Shown in pieces: positions 7,773-16,747 of a stretch of 34,905 nt of DNA. The DNA lies in assembly GCA_904502055.1 (NCBI GenBank), contig CAJGDZ010000002.1, forward strand, positions 1 to 34,905, in the 5' to 3' direction. The notes beneath the pieces are model-generated. The model was not told where the DNA came from, did not search any database, and saw nothing but the letters and a program-made list of their open reading frames with translations. Within the stretch, counting starts at the first letter, position 1, and the number at the start of each line of letters is the position of its first letter. A program made the translations under genes and the position numbers. The DNA is from an uncultured Clostridia bacterium (lineage in GTDB: Bacteria; Bacillota; Clostridia; Oscillospirales; CAG-272).

Positions 7773-9142
7773 AGATCGTTGTGTGTATAAGACAGGGGCT
7801 TGACGGCGAGCTGGGGCCATTTGACGCATCGGCATACGAGGCGGCGCTCTCGGTGGAAAACGCCGAGGTCACGCTTTTGACCATGGCTTCCGCGGCCTCT
7901 CTGGATTTTCTGAGAGGGCTTACGCGCCTTGGTGCCGGGCGCGCCATTCTGTTGTCGGACAAGGCGTTTGCGGGGGCGGACACGCTGGCAACGGCGTATG
8001 CGCTTAGCCGTGCAATTCGGCGGCTTTCGCCCGATTATGTGTTTTGCGGCAGACAGACGCTCATTGGCGACACCGCGCAAACGCCGCCTATGCTGGCAGA
8101 AATGCTGGGCTTTGATTTTATCACCGAGGCGATGACCGTTCGCAGTACCCTCGGGGAGGGGCTGGTCTGTACGTCGCGCCGCGGCGAGAGATGTGCGGCA
8201 CCGGGAACGCTGATCGCGCTTGAGCGGAGCTACACGCTTCGTCTTCCGCGCCTTCGCTCCAAGACCGCAGAGCCCGAGATTTGGAGCGCGGCAGACGTGA
8301 CGGCCGATCCGCAAAAATGCGGGCTTGTCGGCTCACCGACGCGCGTTCTGGCCAGCTTTGAAAACCAATCGGGCAAGCGCAAATGTACCTTTGTGCGCCG
8401 CGAGGAGCTGGCGGACGTGATATCCCGTGCGCTGACGGCACAGCGGCAAAAGGCCGCGCCGACCGACGAGATGTCACGGGAAAGGCTGGGAAAGGTTCTC
8501 TCGGTCGGAGAAGCACCGCGCGGCTTTGCCGAGGCGGTGAGTGACAACGTCATAGAGGTCGCACCCACCGATGCCGATACGCTTGCCGGGTGCATTCTTG
8601 CACAGGATTCCGACGCGGTGATATGGGGGAGCGATGCGCGTTCCAAAGAGCTGGCGGCACGCGTGGCCGCGCGGCTTTCGCTTGGGCTTTGTGCCGACTG
8701 TACCCACCTTGCGGTGGAGGAGGGAGCGCTTGCGATGTACCGCCCTGCGCTGTCGGGAAGCGTGATTGCCAAGATCAAGAGCCTGACACGGCCGTCCATG
8801 GCAACCGTTCGCACCGAAAAGGGCGACGTGGGGGACGTGATCGTGGCGGCCGGCTTTGGTGTGAGGGAGCAGCTGGATCGTGTGAAGGAATTTGCCGACT
8901 CGCTCGGCGCCACGCTTTGCGCCTCGCGCAAGCTTGTGGACGGCGGCTTTGCCCCATACGAGCGGCAGGTGGGACTTACCGGCAGCCGTGTGGCACCGCC
9001 GGTCTACGTGGCCGTCGGCATTTCGGGCGCAGTTCATCACATTGTGGGAATGGAGCGCTCGGGCGTGGTCATTGCCATCAATCCCGACAAAAACGCGCCC
9101 ATTTTTGAATATGCAGATTACGGTATCGTGGATACCTTTTGA
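7769..9142 (+). CDS. Single-polypeptide electron transfer flavoprotein: EtfB-like N-terminal part fused to a shortened EtfA-like part
   Basis: ATG 7769 overlaps the kinase stop (ATGA). N-terminal MKIVVCIRQ...LSDKAFAGADTLATAYALSRAI...GRQTLIGDTAQTPPMLAEMLG...GLVGSPTRV is EtfB-like. C-terminal ARVAARLSLGLCADC...RPALSGSVIAKI...MATVR...YVAVGISGAVHHIVGM...VVIAINPDKNAPIFEYADYGIV is EtfA-like and FAD-binding. Confidence 0.8.
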   Translation: MKIVVCIRQGLDGELGPFDASAYEAALSVENAEVTLLTMASAASLDFLRGLTRLGAGRAILLSDKAFAGADTLATAYALSRAIRRLSPDYVFCGRQTLIGDTAQTPPMLAEMLGFDFITEAMTVRSTLGEGLVCTSRRGERCAAPGTLIALERSYTLRLPRLRSKTAEPEIWSAADVTADPQKCGLVGSPTRVLASFENQSGKRKCTFVRREELADVISRALTAQRQKAAPTDEMSRERLGKVLSVGEAPRGFAEAVSDNVIEVAPTDADTLAGCILAQDSDAVIWGSDARSKELAARVAARLSLGLCADCTHLAVEEGALAMYRPALSGSVIAKIKSLTRPSMATVRTEKGDVGDVIVAAGFGVREQLDRVKEFADSLGATLCASRKLVDGGFAPYERQVGLTGSRVAPPVYVAVGISGAVHHIVGMERSGVVIAINPDKNAPIFEYADYGIVDTF

Positions 9143-9156
9143 AAAGGAGAAAAGCT

Positions 9157-10557
9157 ATGCTGAATTATGAGGTTAAAATCGGACTTGTGGCTATGCGCCG
9201 CAATGCCACAGACCGCCCGCGCGGCACGTTTCTTACCTGGTACTCCGCCGAGCAGAGAGGAGAGCGCTTCGTTAAGTACATCGAGGAGAATTTTGCCACC
9301 GACAAGGTCAGCTTTGTGGACAACAAGGGCATTGGCATTCGCGACCTTGTGTTTGACGACAAGAGCGCGGCCGAGGTCATCGAGCGCTTCAAGACCGAGA
9401 AGGTCGATGCGGTGATGATCATCAACTGCAACTTCGGCAACGAGGAGGCGGCGGCAGACATTGCCAAGGCACTCGGAAAGCCCGTGCTTCTGTGGGCACC
9501 GCTTGACGATGAGTATTACGTGGACGGTATGCGCCCGACCGACTCGCAGTGCGGTCTGTTCGGCGTTTCCCGTCAGTTCCAGAGATATCACATCCCGTTC
9601 TCGCATCTGCCTTGCTGCCGCGTGGAGTCGGATGAGTTCCGTGAGGGCTTTGAGCGCTTTGTGAGGGTGGCCTGTATGGTCAAGAATTTCACGGGACTCC
9701 GCATCGGTCAGATCGGCTCGCGTCCTACGCCCTTTTTCTCGGTCATCTGGAACGAGGGAGATCTGATGGAGCAGTTCGGCATTCGCATCGTCGCGCTCAA
9801 CTTCGCGATGGTTGAGCAGAGAATGAAGGCCGCGCCCGAGCTGTATGCCGACGAGATCGCCGAGTACGAGAAGTACTTTACCTATAATTATAAATCGGAC
9901 GAGCTGACGCCCAAGTATATAAGGCCGATGGCCACGCTGGCGGCGGTGTATAAGCATCTGTTTGATGAATTTGATCTGGATGTGATCTCCGCCGAGTGCT
10001 GGACGGCAACGCCTCTTATGTTTGACGGCCTTGCGCCCTGTGCGGTCTACGGACTTCTCAATGATCTTGGGTATATGGTCTCCTGCGAGAGCGATATGCA
10101 CTGCGCGATGACCATGGCGCTTCTGAAGTGTGCTACCTTAGGCGAGGGCAAGCCGCTCTTTGGCGAGTTTACTGTCCGTCATCCCGAAAACAAGAACGCC
10201 GAGCTTCTTTGGCATTGCGGTCCGTTCCCGCTTTCTGAAAAAGCACCCGACAGCACGGCGCGTCTGGTCAACCAGCGTGAGTGGTTCCGTGCCAAGGATG
10301 GGGAGTACACGGTGGCGCGTATCGACCGCGAGACGGGCGGACGCTACGTCATTCTTCCGCTGACCTGCAAGACAACGGAAGGACCGCAGACCCACGGCAC
10401 GTATATCTGGGGTGAGTTTGAGGATCTTCAGGCGGTTGAGGACAAGCTGATCGACGGCCCGTACATTCACCATTTCGTCGAAATGGCGGGAGATTACACC
10501 GGGGAGCTCCGGGAGTTCTGCAAGTATTTCCCCAATTTGCACGTAGACATGGTCTAA
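9157..10557 (+). CDS. L-fucose/L-arabinose isomerase-family protein (FucI-like aldose-ketose isomerase)
   Basis: AAAGGAGA precedes ATG 9157. About 466 aa. KIGLVAMR...VDAVMIINCNFGNEEAAADIAKALGKPVLLWAP matches my recollection of this family (COG2407). Needs HMM confirmation. Confidence 0.6.
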   Translation: MLNYEVKIGLVAMRRNATDRPRGTFLTWYSAEQRGERFVKYIEENFATDKVSFVDNKGIGIRDLVFDDKSAAEVIERFKTEKVDAVMIINCNFGNEEAAADIAKALGKPVLLWAPLDDEYYVDGMRPTDSQCGLFGVSRQFQRYHIPFSHLPCCRVESDEFREGFERFVRVACMVKNFTGLRIGQIGSRPTPFFSVIWNEGDLMEQFGIRIVALNFAMVEQRMKAAPELYADEIAEYEKYFTYNYKSDELTPKYIRPMATLAAVYKHLFDEFDLDVISAECWTATPLMFDGLAPCAVYGLLNDLGYMVSCESDMHCAMTMALLKCATLGEGKPLFGEFTVRHPENKNAELLWHCGPFPLSEKAPDSTARLVNQREWFRAKDGEYTVARIDRETGGRYVILPLTCKTTEGPQTHGTYIWGEFEDLQAVEDKLIDGPYIHHFVEMAGDYTGELREFCKYFPNLHVDMV

Positions 10558-10591
10558 ATAAGAATGACAGGCGGTGGTTTTGGGCAAATTA

Positions 10592-10620
10592 TTGACAAAA
10601 GCCACCGCTTGTGGTACAAT
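10592..10620 (+). promoter_or_regulatory. Near-consensus sigma-A promoter for the transporter gene
   Basis: TTGACA (10592-10597), 17-bp spacer, TGG-TACAAT (10612-10620). Confidence 0.65.
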
Positions 10621-10654
10621 GGAGCCGTTATTTTTGGTATTTGGGGATATAGAA

Positions 10655-11623
10655 ATGAATTTGTTTGCACCGATCTTAAATCAAATGATCTTCCTGTTTG
10701 CCTTTATCGTGATCGGCTTTGTCCTGGCGCGCGGAAATTTTGTTCCCGAAAATTCTGCGGCAGTGCTTTCCAAGTTGGAGAGCTTTGTGTTTGTGCCGGC
10801 GCTGGTGATGGGCACCTTCATCAAAAACTGCAACGTGGACGTGCTGGATACCATGTGGAAGATCCTTGTATTGGGAGGCGGCAGCGTGCTGGTTTGCATC
10901 CTGCTTGCCATTCCGCTCTCAAAGCTTTGCTTTAAGGAAGCCTATCTTCGCAAAATGGCGACCTACGGCCTTGCCTTTTCCAACTTTGGTTTTATGGGAA
11001 ACGCCATCGTGCTCGGCGTGTTCGGCGAGGCGATGTTCTTTGAGTACACCGTGTTCACGCTGCCTTTCTGGGCGGCGATCTACGCCTGGGGCGCGCCCGT
11101 GCTTCTCATTGCCGGGGCCTCGGGTGACGAGAGAAAAATTCCGCTTGGCGAGAGGCTGAAGTCCTTTATAAATCCCATGCTGATCGGTATGGTGATCGGA
11201 CTTGTGATCGGCCTTTCGGGGCTGAAGCTTCCGGGAGCGGTCATCTCGGTGATCGACGTGGCAGGTGACTGTATGTCGCCTGTGGCCATGCTTCTGACGG
11301 GTATGACCATCGGACGCCTGGACGTTTTGGCACTGTTGCGAAAGGGAAGACTGTACCTGACAACGGCGGTAAAGCTTTTGATCTATCCGTTGGTCTTTTT
11401 CGGTATCTTCTTGCTTTTGCCCAAAAATTCCTTCTTTACCGACACCTTTTTCAAGTGCGCTATGTGTGTGGCGTCGATGCCCATGGGTCTTAACACCATC
11501 GTCATTCCGGCGGCGTACGGTAAGGATACCACCGATGCGGCGGGTCTGGCGCTGGTTTCGCACGTGCTGTCCATTCTCACCATTCCACTGGCCTTTATGC
11601 TGCTTCAGAAATTTATCCTATAA
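10655..11623 (+). CDS. AEC (auxin efflux carrier) family membrane transporter
   Basis: Preferred ATG 10655 (MNLFAPILNQMIFLF), with GGGGA 7 nt upstream. About 322 aa, hydrophobic throughout with roughly ten segments. The ORF-track N-terminal extension is rejected. Confidence 0.7.
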   Translation: MNLFAPILNQMIFLFAFIVIGFVLARGNFVPENSAAVLSKLESFVFVPALVMGTFIKNCNVDVLDTMWKILVLGGGSVLVCILLAIPLSKLCFKEAYLRKMATYGLAFSNFGFMGNAIVLGVFGEAMFFEYTVFTLPFWAAIYAWGAPVLLIAGASGDERKIPLGERLKSFINPMLIGMVIGLVIGLSGLKLPGAVISVIDVAGDCMSPVAMLLTGMTIGRLDVLALLRKGRLYLTTAVKLLIYPLVFFGIFLLLPKNSFFTDTFFKCAMCVASMPMGLNTIVIPAAYGKDTTDAAGLALVSHVLSILTIPLAFMLLQKFIL

Positions 11624-11627
11624 AGCG

Positions 11628-11660
11628 AAAAGAGCTGAGTCGTTGACTCAGCTCTTTTTG
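11628..11660. terminator. Bidirectional intrinsic terminator between convergent genes
   Basis: AAAGAGCTGAGTC-GTT-GACTCAGCTCTTT flanked by an A-run and a T-run. The 3' arm contains the stop and last codons of the minus-strand hydrolase. Confidence 0.75.
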
Positions 11661-13126
11661 ACACCACCGGTAAAGCCGTGGTAATCCTTTAAGAAGAATT
11701 GCGCGTTTTTGTGCATAGAGAGCGCAAGCGCATCCCCCTTGAAGGCAAGCGTTATTGTTAGATTTCCCACGGAATTGTCGATGATGTTGCATCGGATCGC
11801 GAATGTTGTATCTTCTACCCATGCACCGCTGTTAACGGTGCGGAATTCCCGTCCCGACGGTTCTCCGAGAACATCGCCATAAAAGTGGGTTTCGGGAAAG
11901 GTGGAGAGAAGGTTTTTGCCGATGCCGAACCGGATTTTCTTCTCGCCTCGCGCGTTTTGATAGGTGAATGTTCCTTCGTCCCCGGCAAGGGAAAGCGAGA
12001 GCTCGTCAATCCCCATCGCATTGTTCTCCATGCGGTAGATCACGCCGCTGATTCTCTCAGCAAGAGGAGAGGCGGACTTACCCACAACGCTGGGAAGCGT
12101 AAGATTTTGACAGCGGGCGAGCAGATTTGGATAGATATTCGGGTCGCTGTCCGTTTCGGTATCGAGTTTTTCGATGATCTCCGTCCAAAGCCTATGAAAG
12201 ATCAGCGCTTTGCTGTCGCTTCGCCCTTGTGTGTCGGCGGTGCAGACAAATACAAGATTCTTGTCGGGAAGACAGACTGAGATTTGACCGCCGGCTCCCA
12301 ACATACAGAACGCATTGTCACGAAGAATCCAAAATTGATAACCGTAGCCGCATCGCCAAGGCTCATTTGCCCCTTCGGGGTTGTTGTTGACCTGCTTGGC
12401 GGTGGCTTCCCTCAGGTATTTCTCGGAAATCAGCCGTTTTCCGTTCCATACGCCGCCATTCAGTAAAAACTGGGAGAATTTGGCGAAGTCACGCGTGCTC
12501 AGAAGAAGGGCGGAGCCTGCCCACGCTTCGCGGTCGGGACCGAGAAGACAACGGGATTCTTTGGAAACTTCAAGCTCGCAGAGGATCTCCTCGCGCAGAA
12601 ATTCGTAGAAATATTTTCCCGTGATTCGCCGAACGATCGCACCAAGAACATAGGTGCCACAGCTGTCATAGTTGAAGATCGTACCTGCGGGGTGGTCGGG
12701 TTGCGTGTGGAAATAGGACGCTAGCCAGTTCTTTCCCCGGATATCGGGGTCTCCGTAGGTCGATTGGCTGAAGGGAGTAGTCATTCGGAGAAGGTCGCGC
12801 ACCGTCGTTTCCTTCACATACGGGTGTGTAGCTTCGCTTACGAGATCGGGGAAAAATTTCACGATCTTATCGTGGAGTGAGAGCTGTCCTCGATCGATCA
12901 GAAGTCCGATGGCAATCGAAACAAAGGATTTGGTGGCGGAATACAGGCGATGTGTCTCATCTTGACGGTTGGGCGCCCAGTAAGCTTCAAGAGCAACCTT
13001 TCCGTATCGGAGGATCATACAGCTGTGAAACGGAAGTCCGCTTTCTTCCAAGGCGTCTAAAAGACGGTTGATGCTTTTGGCGGAAATTCCGACCTCGTTT
13101 GGATTTACGGAAATAAAGTCCTTCAT
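11648..13126 (-). CDS. Beta-lactamase-fold serine hydrolase (class C/PBP-like) with an extra C-terminal domain; no signal peptide
   Basis: SxxK nucleophile motif in RLYSATKSFVSIAIG. 492 aa. The N-terminus is hydrophilic. The start overlaps the upstream gene's stop (ATGA at 13123-13126). Confidence 0.75.
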   Translation of the reverse strand: MKDFISVNPNEVGISAKSINRLLDALEESGLPFHSCMILRYGKVALEAYWAPNRQDETHRLYSATKSFVSIAIGLLIDRGQLSLHDKIVKFFPDLVSEATHPYVKETTVRDLLRMTTPFSQSTYGDPDIRGKNWLASYFHTQPDHPAGTIFNYDSCGTYVLGAIVRRITGKYFYEFLREEILCELEVSKESRCLLGPDREAWAGSALLLSTRDFAKFSQFLLNGGVWNGKRLISEKYLREATAKQVNNNPEGANEPWRCGYGYQFWILRDNAFCMLGAGGQISVCLPDKNLVFVCTADTQGRSDSKALIFHRLWTEIIEKLDTETDSDPNIYPNLLARCQNLTLPSVVGKSASPLAERISGVIYRMENNAMGIDELSLSLAGDEGTFTYQNARGEKKIRFGIGKNLLSTFPETHFYGDVLGEPSGREFRTVNSGAWVEDTTFAIRCNIIDNSVGNLTITLAFKGDALALSMHKNAQFFLKDYHGFTGGVKKS

Positions 13127-15045
13127 ATTTTCTCCTTCAGAAAGTCCCAGGAAGGCTCAAGTCCTGCGCGGGAGGCAAGTGACGTGGGAAAGTCGACATC
13201 GCCCGGTTTTTTGTTCAGAATGTTATCCACGAAGCAAACGTCCTTATATCCGTCATCGATCTGGTTGTGGTAATGAAGCGGAATTGCCACGTCATGCAAA
13301 AGGTTGCCGCAGACATCGATGCCTCGACAGCCTTCGTCAAGATAAATACCGCCCGGTGTTCCGTGGCGCTTGGAAAACTGTGAGATGGCGGGGTCATGCA
13401 GGTTTTCCACGCCATAGCCGGCGATCGAAACACCGCCGTAGCCGTCGCCGGTGTAGCCTGAGCTTTCGTGGATATAGTTTCCCTCGATTTTTGTGCCGTT
13501 CATACAGCCAAGGGCATAGATCGCGCCGCCGTCGCTGAGGCTCATCATACAGCGACAGATGTGGTTGTACGAGATGATATTTCGCATACATACCGACGGT
13601 TCGGTCCATGGAGTAGGAAGCTTCGGCCCGGTGGAAATGTCCGATTCTCCCCAGCCCCAGCCGATGCTGATGGCGCTGTAGGGTACGTCGCAGATCTCGT
13701 TGTGCGAAATTTCCACGTCCTGCACGTAGCCGGCGATGATGGCGACCGAGCCGCGAAGCTCGCGTCCGATGTCGTGAATGTAGTTGTTGGCAATCAAGAT
13801 GGCGCGTACAATCTCGCGTGTGTCCTTCGGGTGGTGTGCACGTTCAAGGTAGAAGTCGCCCAAAATGACGGCGTTGCCGCCAATCTCATAAAAGTGATTG
13901 CCTACCGTTCGGCAATCCTCGGCACCAAACTCGAACTGAAGTCCGCCCGTGCCAAGCTGGGTAAACGTACAATTCTCAAAGTTTACGTCCTTGGCGGCAA
14001 GCACACGTATGGCGGAAATAACCTTCTGACAGTCAGCTTCAAAGGGTTTTTCCAACAAAAGTTCCTTTGGAGGTTCGGTGAATTTCATTTGATTGGCTTG
14101 AATTTCGGGTACGCCGTATTTGTGAGGGAAGAGCCAACCGGTGTGCATGAAACGAAGATTTTTGAAGGTGAGGTGGCGGACAGGCTCAGAAAGGGCACCG
14201 CAGATTTCAAAGAGCTGTTCGGTATGCGGAAGCACGATCTCGTGATTTTCGGGGGCGTCGCCGTCTTCCAGACCTACATACAGCATGCGTTCGGTACGGT
14301 CGAAGTACCATTCAAGGGGCTTCCCGAGAAGCTCAAACACGTTTTCGATATAGCTCGGGCAGCTACCGATCTGTACGCCCTCGGCAAAGCGTGCCGAGTG
14401 GAAGGCAGGCTCCTTCGGCTTGATATACAGGCGTCCGTCGGGCAAGGATTGCACGCTCTCTACGGGCACGACACGGTGTACCCAGCCCACCTCAAAAACC
14501 ATTTCCAAATCGCTTACGTTTTTGTAATTGGCAATTTCGGTATGTGTGGTGGCAATGCCGCTATAGTCAATGGCTTCGGCGTCCACGCGCCCTGTGAAGA
14601 ATTTTATAGTTTTTTCTTGCTCACCGGGGAGATAAGAAAACTCATAGTCGGGTGCCTCAAGCACGTCCCATTTGTGGGGCTTACGGTAGGGCGTGGTTGG
14701 GCGTTTTGCGGTTTTGCCGTCGATGTAAAGGTTGCGTGTATATTCGACCTCGGGTAGCTGGACGCGCCAGAGGTTGTCGTGAAAATGGGTAAAGCCCGTA
14801 AGACGCATACCGCCCGAAAAGCCGCTGTTCCCGTCTGCGCCTTCAATAAAAATCGGGTGATCGGGTGAGGGAAGCATCGAGGGATTTATTTTCATAGGCT
14901 CTCGCATGGGCAAAAGTCCTTGCACACAAAGGCGAATGGCTTCTCCCGTTTCCAACTCGTTTTCGGTGGCCTTGATGGCAAAAAGTGCATCCTCAAGTGT
15001 GCGAAAAGCCCCCGTTAAGGTTTCACTGACAATATATTCTCTCAT
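13123..15045 (-). CDS. Right-handed parallel beta-helix repeat protein (probable carbohydrate-active enzyme); no signal peptide
   Basis: 640 aa. Repeated short beta-helix-like turns (NNYIHDIG, ISHNEICDVPYSAISIGWGWG, ISYNHI, IEGNYIHES, VCGNLLHDV). Exact family not assignable by eye. Confidence 0.6.
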   Translation of the reverse strand: MREYIVSETLTGAFRTLEDALFAIKATENELETGEAIRLCVQGLLPMREPMKINPSMLPSPDHPIFIEGADGNSGFSGGMRLTGFTHFHDNLWRVQLPEVEYTRNLYIDGKTAKRPTTPYRKPHKWDVLEAPDYEFSYLPGEQEKTIKFFTGRVDAEAIDYSGIATTHTEIANYKNVSDLEMVFEVGWVHRVVPVESVQSLPDGRLYIKPKEPAFHSARFAEGVQIGSCPSYIENVFELLGKPLEWYFDRTERMLYVGLEDGDAPENHEIVLPHTEQLFEICGALSEPVRHLTFKNLRFMHTGWLFPHKYGVPEIQANQMKFTEPPKELLLEKPFEADCQKVISAIRVLAAKDVNFENCTFTQLGTGGLQFEFGAEDCRTVGNHFYEIGGNAVILGDFYLERAHHPKDTREIVRAILIANNYIHDIGRELRGSVAIIAGYVQDVEISHNEICDVPYSAISIGWGWGESDISTGPKLPTPWTEPSVCMRNIISYNHICRCMMSLSDGGAIYALGCMNGTKIEGNYIHESSGYTGDGYGGVSIAGYGVENLHDPAISQFSKRHGTPGGIYLDEGCRGIDVCGNLLHDVAIPLHYHNQIDDGYKDVCFVDNILNKKPGDVDFPTSLASRAGLEPSWDFLKEKI

Positions 15046-15194
15046 AGGTATTCCTTTCGGTTGATTTCTTCTCTTAATTGTAAAGAATTTTTCTGTGGTA
15101 AAGTTTTACGAAACCAAACAAAAATATAATAAAATCAAGATGTAAAGGCTTACATTTCTTTTCTTTCCTATGTGAAATATAAAAAATCAAATCT

Positions 15195-16148
15195 TTATTT
15201 GTGGATTTCGATTTTGATGTCACCGGTGTCGGTGGTAATCTCGCATTTGCCGCCCAAGGAGGTTTTGGGTACACTTACGCGACCCGTATCGGTGCTTGCG
15301 ATAAAGATCTTGTCGGTGAGGAGAGTTCCCGTAATGTCGCCGGTGTCGGTGGTGATCGAAAGAGCGGCGGCGTCGCAGGCGTCAAAGCTCACGTCGCCCG
15401 TGCTTCGCTCGATCGAGAAGTCTCCCGAAGCGATCACGCGCCTAAGGATCAGATCGCCGGTATTTCCGCTTGAGGTCAGGCTTTGACATGAAACGTCGGT
15501 CAAAACCGCCCTTCCCGTGCTGACGCGGGTGGTGACGCCCCCGTTGCAGGTTACGAAGTGTACCGCAATCCGTCCCGTAGTGACCGTGAGGTCAAGAAGA
15601 TCGGTATGAACCTCTTTTACGCGAATTGTGCCCGTTCCGGTTTTTAGCTTAAGCAGCTCTGCTGCCGGCGCGAGGCAGGTTATACCGCCCGTGGTGACCG
15701 AGGCATTGATGTTTTTAAAGCAAAAATTCTTGGGAATCATAACGCCGCCGGTATGCCCTGTAATTTCGAGGTTGCCGTATTCCGCATTTGGCAAATAGAC
15801 TGTGATCCCCGGCGTTTCGAAATTTACGCCGATATGCTCGTACCACTTTTTCTCGTTGTTTACACGAATCGTAAGCGTGCCGTTTTCAACCGTGATGGTA
15901 TGCTTTGCCGTGGCTTCCTCGTAGCATTCTACACGAGCCACGCCGTCCTCGGACGGCAGAAGACGAAACTGCGCGGTATCGATGTCAACGAGAATGTTTT
16001 GGAATTCTTCGTCGATCTGTGTGACGTTGGTTTCATATGTGGTGGTGCTCAGCGCCTTGAAATCCCAATGATTGGCCGCCATAACCGTGACAAAAAGGAC
16101 AAGTCCGAGAAGGACGAGAGCAATTCCTAAAATCAGCCATACATTCAT
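15195..16148 (-). CDS. DUF4097-type membrane-anchored beta-strand repeat protein (putative adhesin fold)
   Basis: N-terminal TM segment (WLILGIALVLLGLVLFVTVMA) followed by repeated T-G-x-I/V strands (TGTGTIRV, TTGRIAV, STGDVSF, DTGDITG, DTGDIKI). Overlaps the upstream gene by 4 nt. Confidence 0.7.
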   Translation of the reverse strand: MNVWLILGIALVLLGLVLFVTVMAANHWDFKALSTTTYETNVTQIDEEFQNILVDIDTAQFRLLPSEDGVARVECYEEATAKHTITVENGTLTIRVNNEKKWYEHIGVNFETPGITVYLPNAEYGNLEITGHTGGVMIPKNFCFKNINASVTTGGITCLAPAAELLKLKTGTGTIRVKEVHTDLLDLTVTTGRIAVHFVTCNGGVTTRVSTGRAVLTDVSCQSLTSSGNTGDLILRRVIASGDFSIERSTGDVSFDACDAAALSITTDTGDITGTLLTDKIFIASTDTGRVSVPKTSLGGKCEITTDTGDIKIEIHK

Positions 16149-16747
16149 TTTTTATTCTCCTTTCTGACAAATGCAAATTTTATGCCAAGCACAATCCTTT
16201 TGGCAAGAATGGCGGTGCCCCTCGTTGCCGTTTTACATCCGAAGAAGAGAAGGATGGCAAGTCCCGCGCAGGTAAGACCTGCGGCAAGGAGAGCAAGCCC
16301 CGGGAGAAGCTGTCCGCCGACGGCAAAGCCGATGCCGCCGACAAGGCCGCCAAAGCCCCCGCTGACAAGGGCGGCAAAGGTAGCCCACAGCGCAATGACC
16401 ACCGACCACAGCGCGGCATAAAGCGAAAGGATCACAGCGAGGGCGGCAATGGCAAGCGAAAGCCAGATGGGCGAGCCGACGGCGATAAGCGTGATGGTAA
16501 GCGTGCTCCGCCTCCGCTTGGGGCGCACCTTTTCCTTGATCAGTCGCGTGAGCGGGATATCCGAGAGAATCTGCGCCACGATGTCATCGGGCGAGCCGAG
16601 TGCCGCTACCGCCTGCTCCTCGGTGAGTCCGTCCTCCATACGGTCGTTTATACTTTCGGCATAAAAGTCAAGGCGTTCCTCAAGATCGGGGACGGGCAAG
16701 GTCGAAAGTCGCGCTTGTAGTATCTCTAAAAATTCCGGTTTTTTCAT
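16145..16747 (-). CDS. DUF1700-type membrane protein
   Basis: Preferred ATG 16747 (MKKPEFLEILQARLSTLPVPDLEERLDFYAESINDRMEDGLTEEQAVAALGSPDDI), then a Gly/Ala/Leu-rich TM region. ATGA overlap with the PadR stop. Confidence 0.7.
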   Translation of the reverse strand: MKKPEFLEILQARLSTLPVPDLEERLDFYAESINDRMEDGLTEEQAVAALGSPDDIVAQILSDIPLTRLIKEKVRPKRRRSTLTITLIAVGSPIWLSLAIAALAVILSLYAALWSVVIALWATFAALVSGGFGGLVGGIGFAVGGQLLPGLALLAAGLTCAGLAILLFFGCKTATRGTAILAKRIVLGIKFAFVRKENKK

